A stretch of DNA of 63,877 nt from Paraspadella gotoi (GCA_051294375.1 CM119263.1:14214537-14278413); one strand, 5' to 3'; counted from the first letter of the stretch, positions 37,169 through 51,400 are shown. The notes: generated from the letters alone by a model not told the origin. Program-made: numbers and translations.

Positions 37169-37989
37169 ACCACTCCCCCCCCTACCGATTAACGTCGACC
37201 CCGAAGACGGCGTAGCCGCTGCCTCTCTAACACCTTATTTAAATGTTCTACTGTGTAGAGCGAATGTTAAGTGACGTTCAGTGACTTATTTTTCTTTCCT
37301 AATCTGATATGATCTCTCTCCTTTTTTAATTTTTAGGGTGGGTTAAGTTTTGGCGCGAATCCTACTCAGCCGCTCAGGTTTTTTAATCTTTAAAATTGCC
37401 GCCTTGCAGCTTTAATACGCATTCGTGCATGTGCTAGCGAACGCATGTGTAACTGTGCCAAAATAATCAGTCTTGGTAATAAAAAAAAGTTTACTCTGTA
37501 GCTTAGTGCTGATATTCGATTCATTAATTACGTCTTTTGTTGGCAAATGAATTTAGAACATACTGAAGCACTTTATTTTTATAATATTGTATGTGTCAAG
37601 TCTAAAAAACGCGTGGAGTTTTAATTTATCAACCTAAAACCAAAAATAACTACTTTAAATTATAATAATTATATATCTGAAAATCTCTTGATCTCATAAA
37701 TTCTCAAGTGCATTGAATTTTGTCTGAATACAATGTTCTCATGTTTAAAAATTGTTAAATTTTGTATGCTTATAAATTCGTTTCCAATTCATGCTAGATA
37801 GACCGGCTAAACAAGTGAAAGTAAGTAGCTTAGTTGTTTCGAATATATAGTATATTTTCACTATTTAAAATTTGTAAAAATAATGCGGAGAATTACAAAT
37901 AAACAACAAAAAACGTTGCGAAAAAAGTTTTGCATTGCATGTTGCATTAATGTTAAGAAGTAAGGAGTATGTATGGCGGTTAAGATTCT

Positions 37990-38985
37990 TATTTTTCACT
38001 TTTGTAAAAAGACTTTTGAAATCTGTCTTGGTTTTTTCCGTGAAATATGAGAGAGTCAGGTCGTATTTCGATGAGCGAAATATATGAAGACATTGAGTGG
38101 CTTCCCTAAAATCAATTTTTAAAAATCTTTTTTTCCCTATTTATTAAAAAAAAATGGTAAAACTCAACTGAATATTAAATTACTCTAATTAAACTAATTT
38201 GTACCTCATCCACGCACGCTTCGTTTGTTGGAGATCCCATTCAGACAATCTTAACAAATCGTTTTCTTCAGAATTCCTGGTGGAGAATTTCGCGTAGGTG
38301 TCAGAAATAGAAAACGACGAAGACGAAGACCCGCAAACGCCGTCGCTATATTTTTTTTGTCGTTGTTCTCGTCGTCGTCGTCGTCCGTCGTAAGCCTTCA
38401 GCGACGATCGCTTGACAAAAGATAATCGTCGCTGCGTCAATAATTCTGCGGCGAACTCTTCGCCTGCGACGGCCTCGATGTTCAACGCACTCGGCGCGAA
38501 CCGGAACCGGCAAAACGACCTCCGATCTCGACTGGCGCCTGTCCGTTTTTCTGGCCGTCGAATTCTTGGCGGCGCGGATTGTCTTCGATGTCGGTTCTCG
38601 TAGAAAACCGCCAAGTGCGTCGTCGGCCGTAGCTTGTCGAAGTTGCGCGAGCTCTTCGAGTTTGGGCTCGAATACTCGGCGGAGACCCCAAACCTGGAGA
38701 CGACGCTTGCGGCAGTGGACGGTCAGTTTGGGCGGGCCGAGGCTGGCGACCAGCTGGGTGGGAGTGAAAGGAATCGTTGTGGTCGAGGAGAATGTGTAGA
38801 TAAGATAAAGATCAATAGATAGATTACCTTTCTTTCGTTAGTCCTCGCCTTGTAAGCGTTTCGGCGTCGTAGCCGAGTTCGTCGTAAAGATTTTCTGCGA
38901 CTTGAAAATCTGTTATTTCGTGTTTGACTTCGGGAAACGAATTCTCTTCTCGAAAGTCGTTCCACCGTTCGCCGCCGCTGAAAAC
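37990..38985 (-). CDS. 3' exons of an uncharacterised gene, convergent with the ASB gene
   Basis: Minus-strand exons at ~38985-38828 (SFPEVKHEITDFQVAENLYDELGYDAETL), 38753-38205 (SWSPASARPN*PSTAAS...LSEWDLQQTKRAWMR) and from 38105 down, joined by phase-2 GT-AG introns. One in-frame TGA at 38723-38725 falls in noisy sequence. Confidence 0.5.
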
Positions 38986-39177
38986 CTTTTAAAAACAAAA
39001 AAAACAATCTTAGAAATGTTTAGAGTTAATAATAATAATTCCCCAATGTCCATTAGTTTTGTTATGTTAAATTATGTTAAATAAAAAATTTAGAAAGTTA
39101 AATGGTACTTGTTTGAAAAATAAATATAGTTTATCCAAACACATTATCCTCGNNNNNNNNNNNNNNNNNNNNNNNNN

Positions 39178-39273
39178 TGCTCATGGTAATAATCCAACTG
39201 AAAGTCCATATTATTCCGATTATTCCTCTCACTATGATGCAACTGAAGGTCCTGATTACTATGATTCAGTGAC
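39178..39273 (+). repeat. Orphan single unit of the 108-bp coding repeat next to a 25-N gap
   Basis: Matches the repeat unit of the secreted-protein gene (AHGNNPTESPYYSDYSSHYDATEGPDYYDSVT). Probably a misplaced contig fragment. Confidence 0.85.
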
Positions 39274-39964
39274 CTCGTGGGTAGACAAAGTATGTGATTT
39301 GAGCGAGATTATAAAGTTTTCTCACTTCTCCTTCTCTCCAAATCGCAGCCTCTACTTAACAACGTGAGTTCATCTTAAGCAATTCTACAAAACTGACAAT
39401 TATTAATTACAATCTAATAAATATATAAATTATTTTACGATTGTGAACTCGTTTAGTGTTTGATGAATAGTTTTTTATTGTTTTTTTGGGACTCATAATT
39501 CACTTATCAGTCATCAGTATGTCCTCCAAAAAAAGGAAAAAAAAATTTAAAAAAGAAAGATAAAAAAGACAAAAAAAGGAAGTCAATGACTTGATTAGCT
39601 TTTTACCCTATTTGTGTGGGCTACGTCCTACATTGTTTGTTAAAACTGTTTCTATATCTTTTAAACTGAAATAAAATAAATTAATTGGGTGGTTAAAAAT
39701 ACAAAATTTATAATTTTTTGGAATAAATATGAAATAAATGAGTTAACCAATAATGAAAAATATGTATATTTAATTCAGTTAATAAAACAATTCTTGAAAG
39801 AAGGAAAAAAAAGATCTATAGAGAGAGAAAAAAGAGAGAGGAGGAAAAAAAAGGTGAATGAGAAAAAGAGAGAGAGAGCAAAAGAGAGAGGGAAAAAAAG
39901 AAAAAGGGAGAGAGAAAGAGGAGTAACAGACAGGGAAATTTCTCAGATATAATAACATACATAA

Positions 39965-40987
39965 ATTATCTGTAAGAGTGTGGAGGCTTAAACCACAAAG
40001 CCTGTCCAAAGTCAGGGCAAGATAGCTTATTTTATTGAATGAATGGATAATTTTTATATTGGTTGACCCAATTTCATTAAATTCAGTCCTGTATTTGAGG
40101 CTAGTCGGGAGTACAATAAGATCCCCGATCTAATACTTAAGGGAGTGGTTTTTCTACAATTGAAAACATTCTTTGAATATTTTCCACTTCATTGATAGCG
40201 AAGCAGTACTCTGGGAGGAATAACGAGACTGTGAGAGAGTCTTTGATTGAAGCTTGCAGGGACCTGACTATGTCATTATCTTGTTAAGAGTGATGAGGCC
40301 TTAACCCACCAAAGCCTGTCCAAAGTCAGGGGCAAGATAGCTTATTTATTAAATGAATGGATAATTTTTATATTGGGTACCAATTTCATTAAAATTCAGC
40401 TCCTTGTATTTTGATGCTAGTGCGGAGTTACAATAAGTATTTCCCCGATCTATACTTAAGAGTGTTCTTTTCATACAATTGAAACATTCTTTGAAATATT
40501 TTCCACTTCATTTGATAGGGGAAGCCAGGTACTCTGGAGTGAATAAACGAGACTGTGAGAGAGTCTTGATTGAAAGCTTGCAGGACTGCTATTGTCATTC
40601 TTTTAGAGTGATGGAGGCTTAAACCACCAAAGCCTGTCCAAAAGTCAGGGCAAGATAGTTATTTAATGAATGGATAATTTTTATATTGGTGTCCAATTTC
40701 ATAAAATTCAGCTCCTGTATTTTGATGCTAGTGCGGGTACAATAAGTTTCCCCGATCTAATACTTAAGGAGTGGTCTTTTCATACAATTAAAAATTCTTT
40801 GAAATATTTTTCACTTCATTTTGATAGGGAAGGCCAGGTACTCTGGGAGTGAATAAACGAGACTGTGCAGAGAGTCTTTGATTTGAAAGGCTTGCAGGGA
40901 CCTGCTATGTCATTATCTTGTAAGAGTGATGGAGGCCTTAAAACACCAAAGCCTGTCCAAGTCAGGGCAGATAGTTATTATTAAATG
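39965..40987 (+). mobile_element. Tandem array of ~315-bp units, each junction carrying a twister-ribozyme motif (retrozyme-like)
   Basis: aaaccaccaaagcctgtcc recurs at ~39990, 40303, 40621 and 40941. Twister motifs lie at ~39967-40024, 40277-40339, 40598-40657 and 40914-40973, so the array starts and ends with the motif. The sequence is indel-noisy, but the consensus matches the clean 30268-30330 copy. Confidence 0.8.
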
Positions 40988-41606
40988 TGGGAGATTGTTT
41001 TAAAACATGTTGAGCATTAGCTCTAACCTATTTGTAACCTTGTAGATTTACTGGGCGAAGCCATTTCACTCTCAAAAATAAGAATCAATCCAAATCACAA
41101 GATTAATTAAATAAAAGAGAGCCGAGAGAGAGAGAGCTACAGATAGAGAGAGAGGCTCAAATAGAGAGTTCAAAGCTGCATACAAATATAATTCCAATAA
41201 TTAGAATTCATTTCAAAGAGTTAACAAATATTTCATCATATTACCTAATGTTTCCTGGGCAATCTCCTAAAAGTTTTAACATCTACTTGCCCTTTACTTC
41301 CTTTAAAATTTGAATGACAATTAAAACGACTTTCGACTTTGAGAAAATACTACCATAATTGGATCAGAAAGGTTCTCGTCCAATCAGATTTAAGAACTAA
41401 ATTTAACCAATGAAATCATAGATGAGACGAGTTTGGAGAATTTAAGCTAGTAACGTTATGTATTCCATATATAAAACCGAATATTAATTTCGAAAAACTA
41501 ATAATATTTATAAACTATTACATTAAATGAATGGATAATTTTTATTGGTTGTACCAATTTATAGTCAGAAAGTTATATTTTCTATCTAAACTTTGCTTCT
41601 CTTTAA

Positions 41607-41848
41607 CTCGCCCCTGGGTGGAGCAGTTTTTTTTGCTCCCCAAGGGGTTACCCCCAGGGGCCGACTTTTTTTGTGTGTGGCCCAGGGGTAAGCATTAGGG
41701 GCGCCCCTAATAGACCCCAAAATGTTGGCCCCGGGGGAACCCCCCTGGGGCGGCCCTGAGGCATCCAGAGGGGGCGCCCCTCAATGCCATTTTGCTGCTC
41801 CCCCTGGAATTAGTTCTGCCCCCTGGGGCCGCCCCTAGAGCGCCCCCG
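41607..41848. repeat. GC-rich island of short palindromes (possible MITE-like repeat)
   Basis: Perfect 18-bp palindrome attaggggcgcccctaat at 41694-41711, ggggcgcccc again near 41772, and repeated cccctgggg/cccagggg motifs in an AT-rich background. Confidence 0.5.
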
Positions 41849-43563
41849 CGGCGGAGATTTGGGAGATGACATATTCTCCGTTCGACGCGAGACGGGACTT
41901 TGTGGCGTGGATACTGTGGAATTTTAGGTTGTGGGCAGATCTAGGGAGTGAAGAGATACGAAAATGACCACAGCTTTTGGGCCATAGAGAGCGAGCGGGG
42001 AACATGAAGGTTGTGGGGGATAAAAAAAAAGATGTGGAGGGAAAGTGAATTGAATTGGGAAAGGTGCGAGCAGAAGCCTTCGGGGCCTCAATTGGAAAGA
42101 GGGTTGTCGATGGAGAGAAGAAGAAATCAATAAACCTCCCGCGCCCAGAAAAACAACACATTGAGGCACCCAACATTCCTCGCCCAAGAACAACATCGCC
42201 GGCTTTGAATGGCGACTTCTCCGCCAGGACTCCAAAGAACAACATCTGCGACGACTTCGTTGGCGACCGTTCACGCGTCATCGCCTCCAGCCTGCCAGCA
42301 TGAAGTCGACGATAATTTCCGGAGTCTCGCGATGGTAAAGATGGTCGTTGGGATCTGGGAATGGATGTCAGGACAATGGGGGGGTGGGAGGTACGGAGAG
42401 GGGCTCAGTTTCTGTGATAGAATACGGATAATGAAAAGAAAAGGAAAGTTGCAAGGACAAAAATTTAGTACATACAAAATAAAATAAAATTATAATTTGA
42501 CGCTTTCACGTCAAGCTTAAATTACAGCTTCAATGTTATATAAGCGACATTAATTTGTTGGTAATTATTGATTAAAAATTGGATTGATTGATTGATTATT
42601 GATTGATTATTTAATAGTTCGATCAGCCGTTAATTGCAGAGATTGCTCGCGACGAAGTTTAATGACATAGAATTTTTTTTTTCGTTCGTAAAACGCTACG
42701 TAAACATTAAAATAATCTAGCGCTCAAAAAGGGAGATGAAAGAAGAAAAAAAGTTTGAAGACGAGAAAAAAGTTTTTTGATGAACTGGAAAAATGTTTTT
42801 CCGTTTTTCCGCCGGCGGCACAAATCCCATTAAAACGTGGCCGCCAGGGTTTGCGAGGGGTTGAGAGAGGACCGAAAAAGGGAATAAAGGGAGGACGGGG
42901 GTAGGAATACGGGTAGGGGAAAAGGCAAGAATACGTAAGGAAGAGAAGGAATGAATGAATGATGCGGAAAAAAATTTTCGCCAAGGGTCAAATAAATTTT
43001 TCTTGTGTTTTCTTCCTTCTCTCGTTGCGGAGTGGAAGGTAAATGATGTTGTTTTTAGAGAACGACGACGACGACGACGGACTAAAGCTTCGCTTTTGTC
43101 TTCTTGCTTGGCCGCCATTGAGTCAGTGTCAGAATTTGGAATCAGTATAGGTTGGCTAAAACTGTCGCTGCCAACCCAAGTTACGACTTCGCCCCAGATA
43201 TAAATTATTTATTCTATACACTTCCCCCTTTATGTCTGATTCAACCTGCGAGATCGTCAAACGTGACGACGACCGACGACGACTACGCGACGACGACGAC
43301 GACTACGACGACTAACGACGGGGAGAGACGACGACATTGTCGACTTTTTTTTAGGATCCTTTATCGAAAGTCGGCATAAATCTATTTTCGTTTCAGACGT
43401 CGTCGTCCGTCGTCCGTCGTTCTCGTTCGTGTCGTCTCATTGCGTATGCAAGGAGGAAACCCAGAAATCCCGTCCTTATCACGCTTTCTTTACGCGATAT
43501 TGTTTATTCCGGATGCTCTTCTTGTTGTTGGAATATTACCTCTCTCTCTCTCTCTCTCTCTTA

Positions 43564-43635
<72 letters not shown>

Positions 43636-43693
43636 CTTTTTTGTAATTATTTACAACTTGATTTGCATATTCTGCGCCACAATAAATCGATTC

Positions 43694-43738
<45 letters not shown>

Positions 43739-46048
43739 AAAAAGAAAAAGAAATAAAGGAAAGAACGTTGAGGCCAAATGAACAATGAAACAAAAACAGA
43801 ACAATAGAACAAATCCAAAAGAACATCGTTTTCGTTGGACTACCCATCTTTGAATCGGCCTAATTGGTTAATTAGAGGATTAGATCCTTCGATGCTTCAT
43901 CGTAACGGGTTATCTGAAACCGAAAAGAGACTTGGAAAGGCCGGAACTTAGACTTCGTTTCTCCCTCTCTTTCTCGTTTCCCATCATCAAGCTAAACAAT
44001 GGTTGTTCCATGATTAACCCAGATTATTTTCTTTTTCATTACTTTAAAGAGATTTCGACATAATCCAATCACGAATCGCGGGTGGACCTAATCGACGCGA
44101 CGACGACGACGATCACCACCACCACCACCACCACCAGAGGGCGAATTAGAGACGACGTGATTTTATTGCAAAGAATCGAATTTTGTTTTCTTTCACCGCC
44201 GCCGCCATAAACGAGGCTCGACGTTCAGTATCGAATCTTTGCTTCTCTAAACTTTCGCTCGCAACATTTTTCTCTTTCTTTCCCAAAAAAAGATGAAAAG
44301 AAGCCGAATCGAATGCGAAGAGGGAAAAAAAAGTCTCCTTAAACATAATCATTAAGTCCATGAATGGAATTTTGAAGGAAAAAAAAAGAGCAAAAATGGA
44401 AGCGGAAGAACAAAGAGAAAGAATTCTCCATCTTTTTAAATTTCTTCATTCGTGGTTAAGTTCTCGCGCCCGGAAGGAGTACTAATATTGTTAGGGGAAC
44501 GCCGTTACAATGCTTAGTTTAATTGCATATTACCAGCAATAGGAAGCATCTCGGAGAATTCTGGAAGAATGGCGGAAGGAATGTTCGTTGAGAGAATGCT
44601 TACAGTTTTAGCGAATTTCAGGAGAGAGAAGAGAGAGAGGAGAGAGAGAGAGAATGAGAATGCACTCGCAACTCCCTTCCTCCCATCGCGCTTCAAAACT
44701 TTTTAAATTTGGACAAATTTTTAAAAAAGATCCCTCGTTTGGGGATTATGTTCACTTGACGCTATTTCGTCTGCTCTGGCCTTCATTCGACCAATCGGAA
44801 ACTAGAATATGCGTATTGTTACCAATCATTGCCAAGCTTCAGCCAAGCGGCGTCGCACCATGAGGAATTAGACCAAAAGTACTTTCATCCAAAACAGCAT
44901 CAGATACGAGAAAATTTATATGATGCTGGATTAAGGAAAGCCTTGGAGCCGCGGAGAGAGAAAGCGCCATTTCGCTAAAGCTGGAGAGGGGGAAGCAGAG
45001 GCAGAGAGATTTAAGGGAGGGGGGAGTGGAGCGAATTTGAATTGAACCATAAAGGAGTGGAAAAAGTGAGAGATGAGAAGGAAGAAGTTGAATTAGAAAC
45101 TAGTAAAGCTTTGGAAAGGGGAAGAGGCGGTTTAAGCCGAAGGAAACCTAAAGAGAAAAAAAGAAACGGGCGCCATGAATTTTTTGAAGAAGAATTTTAA
45201 AAAAATGAGATGAGATTAGAAAGAGAGAGCTTACTGAGTGATTAAAAGACAGAAATAAAAAAAAAAAATATAAGACACTAATGAATAAAGTATAACAATT
45301 TAACATCAAGAATAGATAAAACTAGAAAAAGTAAAAAAAACTCTGAAAGTAAAGTAATAAGAAAATAACTTAAAAAAAATAAATACAAAATACTTTGAAT
45401 GAAAAGAAGTAGTAAGTAGTTAAGAAATGGGGTTTGAGCCACTGAGATCTTAGGATTATGGATGTTGAGAAAAAAAGCCCTTTATTTTAATGAAAACTCC
45501 TAAGCAGTTAAGTTCGTAAAACCGTCCGGCCTTATAACGATATAGACGTTTTATAAATTATAATGTGTGGCCTTCGCCTTAGGCCCAAGTCACATATTTT
45601 GAAAATTTTGCTTTTATCCGAGAAGAAAAAAAAGGTCGGAGGGATGAAATATCCAGGCGAACTTGGAACACCCAACGTGATTCTTTTGGGGCAAAGAAAA
45701 AAAAGAAAAAAGCCCCAAAAAAAGTGTTGGCCCTTGTTCTTCTAAAAATACCGCGAGCAAAAAAAAAATATTCGCTCTAAAAAATTACCATGATTTGAAG
45801 AAACTTTTGCTTTGATATGATGATTCCTCCAAGAATGTCTGATTGCGGGATAAGGTTGGATTATGTATTTGAAAACTCCATATATCCAGGACCAGGATAA
45901 AGCAACCAAGTTTTTTTTTTCACTAACCCTCATAATTGTCCGTTCTTTTTGTTTTTTTTTTAGAAACAGTATTGAACAGAAGCTCGCTCTCTTCCCTACC
46001 CTGCCCTCAATTTATCAAAAGAAAAAAAAAGAAAGAGAGAGAGAAGAG

Positions 46049-46079
<31 letters not shown>

Positions 46080-46569
46080 ATGGAGAGAGAGAGAGAGAGC
46101 AGAAGAGGAGAGAGAAAGAGAGAGAGAGAGAGAGCCATCAATTCTGTTTTTTTTCCTTTTTTTTCCTTCCTTCCCTTCGGGATCTAAAGTCACTTTTTAT
46201 GATCGGAGTTGAGAATACGCGGCGAGTTTGTGATACGTCGCGAAAAATCACAAGAACCAATCTGTGGTGAACGATCGTGTCCCGGGCGGTTCAATCAGCG
46301 GTGATGATGAACGTCAAATGTCGACCGAAGTTTCAGTCACTTTTAGCTATTACAGGTTTGTTTCATTACCGCCCTCGATGTGGGATTTTAAGAGAGAAGT
46401 TAAAGTCGTAAAATGACTTTAAAGTTTGATGAATTGTAAATAGACTACGTGTTAACGATAACGATGACACGATATATCTTTGCGAAATGAAAGGATACGG
46501 AGAACATAGTTTTTTTAAGATTTAGCTCTTGGGAAGCTCGTTTCAACTAGTACATCTATATTGAATTAA

Positions 46570-47130
46570 TTTAATTTAAAGACAACTATTTAAAGCTTAC
46601 ATATCTAGGTTTCAACCTTTAGTAGTGAAAGAGACAGCTTGTTTAGAGCCAAGCAAAGAATTGGTATTATCTTTTTTTAGGACCAAGTAACTGTTTGACT
46701 AAATGCTTTGTTTAAAGCCTTCAGAGAATGTTGATGAAATTGTTTATTACTAACTGTGTTCCAGTTGTCCTTTTATGACTGTGAAGCTAAAAACCGTACG
46801 TAATATTGCTACAACTTAATGTGCTGTAAATGATGGTGTCCGGAAAGATCTTTTGATATATCGATGGAAAAGTGTGAGAGAACTGTAGGGTATGTTTGGA
46901 TACCCACGACCTATCAAAATTTTTTAATAATCGTTAAGAAACCTTTATCTCAAGATTCTCCCACAATGAAAAATAATGCTTTCTTCAGAAACTTTGTTCC
47001 GTTTTTTACAACATAAGAATTAATTATATTGTATTTGTTTTTTTTCTTCTATCTATTTTATGATGTTTTTCGTGTTGTTCTGTTGAATGACATGATTGTA
47101 CTGAATCAACTTTGTTTCGAATTAAATCGC
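46570..47130 (+). mobile_element. LINE 3' remnant (duplicate of 20857-21430)
   Basis: Colinear noisy copy. Confidence 0.6.
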
Positions 47131-48419
47131 TATTAATGATCTCCTCTCCTTTTTTAATATCTTGTAACAATCGTTAATCAAAAATATCAGCTCATGATAA
47201 AGGAGTAATGAGTTAACGGAAAAACAAAGGTATGACATTAAGAAGTTACGAGACAAGCTCTTTGACATTATTTAAAATAAGGAAACAATTTTACAAAGTT
47301 TGCGCCATTGTCTATCAATTCCTCCACAACTTTTGCAGTGTGTTTTTACTGTCCTCTCGTGTCAATTGAGAACAAAAACATTTTGAAATGAGATACTATT
47401 TAATAATAATATCATATATATTCCGATAAAAAGCAAAGTTCAAATGCTATATTCAAATATTATATTGATTATAAAAATCGGATTAAATTATTATTATCTA
47501 TTTACTATAATTTTTATAAACTTTCTTTTGAGCAGTTTTGCAAAGATTTTACCGTAATTTAATCGCAATAATTTAGTAGACAAATTTACTATCTTTTTTC
47601 TCACTCAATTATACTAAGGAACCTTTAACTCATCACTTATGAGTGACTTCACTCATCGCGATTCTGTTCGACTAAATCTTAATCATTAATTGAGAAAACG
47701 TGATTCGAACCGGTTTCTAAGCAGCAAGATAAGACGAAAGAACAAACTTTCAGTTCCTGTCCTCAAAGCTGTCAAGAATTATCGCGTTTGTTTTTATATA
47801 TAAAAACTAGTTTTATGTTCTTTCATCAGCTCGTAAATTGAGTCGAAACATGTCTGCTTATTAATAATAAAATTCGTTGTATAAAATCAAAACAATATTC
47901 TTAAATCCGCCAAAAAACAACCGAAAAAGAAAGAATTTCACCATGAACAAAAAATATTAAAATTGTACAATCAAACTTATTCTTAATAAAGTTAGACATT
48001 TCTCGATTACTTTTTCTTTAAAATTAAACAACTGGATGTTATTTTTTTTACACCCAAGTTGGAGAAAAAAAATTACTCGTGGCATCGTGCATGCGTTTTA
48101 TTTCATTAGAATCCTTATTCTAAGAAACATACTGACGATTAAACAAAAGGCGATGACAGAAGTAAGCGATGGCCACACGAAAAAAAAAAATTCGATAGAG
48201 CTGTAACAAAAAAGATGTTAAAAAAAAATACAACGATTTGAATAATTATCTTATTCAAAGATTCTTATTGAGTATATGAATTTATATTTATTAAAAGACA
48301 AAATAAGTATGTAGCAATGCGGCTGGAGTGTCTTCATCGTCAAACTCTAATCTTTTAGTTTCTGCCACTTTGAAATAAAATAACGCTGATTCGTTCGTCC
48401 GCCATCATCGTTCTTTGCC

Positions 48420-51400
48420 ATGACGACGGATCGTGTGATCGACGGAGTGCGCGAGCCTTCGCTTACCAAATCGAGTCAAGATCTGGAAGAAGGATTCGCC
48501 GGCGCCCGATTGGAAAACCGGCGCTGTTTGATGCAAGGCGGCGTTCCCTTTGGGCGTCCTACCGCGAGACTCGGGTCTGAACTTGAATAATTGAATGAAT
48601 TGCATCATTGACCAAAAATATTCTCGCAAAAATTGTATTTCTTGCCCAGAGTTTCAATCCGGCTTTTGGACCAAACGAAAGCGGTGGTCCGCGTCGCCTC
48701 GCCGCCGCCTTTTCGCGGCTTCCGTCGTTTTCTCGCGGGAATTTTCTCCGCAGCAACAACGCCGATCCGACTTTTGGTTCCAAACCTCGTTTGCATCGGC
48801 GTGCTTGGCGGACGCCGTCGTCCAGGGACTCTCCCCTTAGATCGACGGCTGACGACGACGACGACAACCTCGAGGATGCAAACGGCCTGACCTGTCGGGT
48901 CATCGATGAGACGAAGTCGGCACGACCGACTCCTACGCGTCCAACGTCGGAAAAAGGGACTACGACTTCGTGCACGTCAGCGACGCGCTCGTCACCAGCT
49001 CGAGAAGCGGCGTCCTTGCGCACGCGACCCTCGACGGCGTCGTCGAGTCGCGGCGCCGCTTTCGCCAACGCTTATCAACAAGAGGCTTCTTCGTTCATCA
49101 GCGGATCGAAAAGTTTGCGGGATAGCGTTAAAGGTGAGGCTGCAGTTCAAACCGATAAGAATGATTGTGCTAAAAAACAACATTCTTGTAATCAACCTTT
49201 CTCAACTGTTTCTAGCTACTTTAAACTCAGTTACTCGTAGAATAAATAATGTACAATATTAATTAACATATATAAAAACGTTGTGGATAATGATTTCGAA
49301 GATAATTTTGGGCATAAATTATAAATCCTAGTTTTGATCAAGACTTAATTGTGAAAAAAACAGAGAAAAAGTCGTCGAAGGCGAACCGCCTCCTGACTGA
49401 AGCCGCAAATTGATCGTCAAATCGAAGAGGTTCATCTGGTGCGACAGGGGTGGTGACGGAGTCGGGAGAGTCGAAGACAGTTGCCGACCCGGCTCGTCGT
49501 CAAGGTGAATTCACGATGTCTACTAGTAGATCAAAACAAATGCAAAATGTTTGCTAAAAATATTTAAGATATCTAATAAAGTATGTTGTATAGAAAACGT
49601 AATTCCGTTCCCTTTAACTTTTTAACTTCTGACTTTCTTACATGTTAGACCAGTCGCGGACGGTCGATCCGGTCACTATGATGCAGATTGTCGCCACCGA
49701 AGACGAAGAAGACGACGACGACAACGCCGTCGACAACTCCGCATCGCGTCGAGCGCCGGGAGAGGCCCCGAGTCGACCACGACCAAACCTCTGTCAAAGG
49801 CCACCTCAATTTTTCAACGTCATTTTACGGCGGACAATGAAACCGGAAATGAGGCCGTTTCGGCGCCGAGAAGTAAACCGGCGCCGACGCAGGCACGACT
49901 GGCGGTGAAAGAACGCGCCGCTCGAGGGAAGGTTGTGGAGGAGGAAGTGGAAGAGAAAGGGATACGGAGATTCTCGAATGATGATGAGCTGTTGAGGGAG
50001 CAAAGAGGGAAGGGATAGGGAAGAGAGGAGGAAGGAATGGGGGATGGAAAGGAGGAAAAAGAACTAAGCACGGTTGTGGAGACTTCCGATAAGAAGGGGA
50101 AAAAGAAAAGAAAGAAAAAGACGACGACAGCGACTCGTCTTCGTCCTCTTCTTCGTCGTCTTCGTCTTCTCGTTCTAATTCTTTCGCGTCGCTCGTCGAT
50201 CGAAAATCGAATCGAAAGCAAAAGAGCATCGAATCGAACGAAGACGAAGAATCGAAAGAGATCGAGGAGAAATCGTCGAAGAGCGAAGAGCGGATTCCGG
50301 GACGAAGTATCGAGTCGTTCAAGTGATTAGCGAATTAGATTAGAGATCACTTAGAAATTCACATGGAAATTTAATTCCTAATATAAGCATATAATTTTGA
50401 TATTACTTACTTTTGGGAAAACGAGAGAGTTTTTGAGCAGTCGCTCTATGTATTATTAAATCTCAACAATTATTATTAACCCGCACAGTAGTTTTCATCT
50501 TACTTTTAGTCTTTTACTCTTGCAAAAAAATTGTTTTGCCGAAACATGTCTGTTTTTAACGTAAATAAAACATCGTTGTTGAAACAAAAACAATTTTCTT
50601 AATCTCAAACACAGCGAAAGTGAAAGGATAACTATCGAACAATGTCTTTCACTATAAAAATATTATTTAAATAAATATTCTTAATATTACTTGAAAAATA
50701 AGAAAATTTCAATGTGGATTTCTCAAAATAAAAAAAACCGAAAACGACCAAGGCAAAGACAGCGGAAGCGCCAAGCTAGAAGTACCTCATAACGTCAACG
50801 ATAACTCCTACGACGCTACCGACGACGAAAGTAACCACACGACGCCCACATACGTCACCGACGGCCATCATCGACGCCGTCATCGAAGACAATGCGCGAA
50901 AATTGCTCTCGATGACTAAAGAACATCTTGTAGACGTCGACGCCAGGACGAAAGTGGTAGGACGGCTCTTCATGTTGCCAGCCACGAGGCAACTTCGAAG
51001 CGATGAGGTGCGTTTTTCCCGCGCAGTTTGCACGTGCCTGATGCGTGTGCTTTTATTTTCATTTTTTTTGGGTTTCATTTTCGGAACGCGACAGAATTTT
51101 GACTGAAAGCGGCGCAGATCTGGAGGCAGAGACGCCTGACTGTTTTACTCCCTGCAACTCTGCGCCTATCGAAGGTCGCGTGGATTCTCTGCGAACGCTC
51201 GTCGATCTCGGCGCTAATCACAGAGTAATGTTTTTTAAAAATTAAATCGATTAAAAAAAATGTATTATTATAATCTCCATAAACAAATTGTTTATGCTGA
51301 TGAAGGCTTGAAATCTAAAGCCGAAACATGTCCTTTTATGAAACAAATAAAATTCATTGTCAAAACGCAATCTTTTCGCTAAACATTACAACGACGAAAA

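Noticed and set aside
38205-38255. LSEWDLQQTKRAW as a globin A helix
   Set aside because: The next exon shows no globin CD1 Phe or F8 His pattern.
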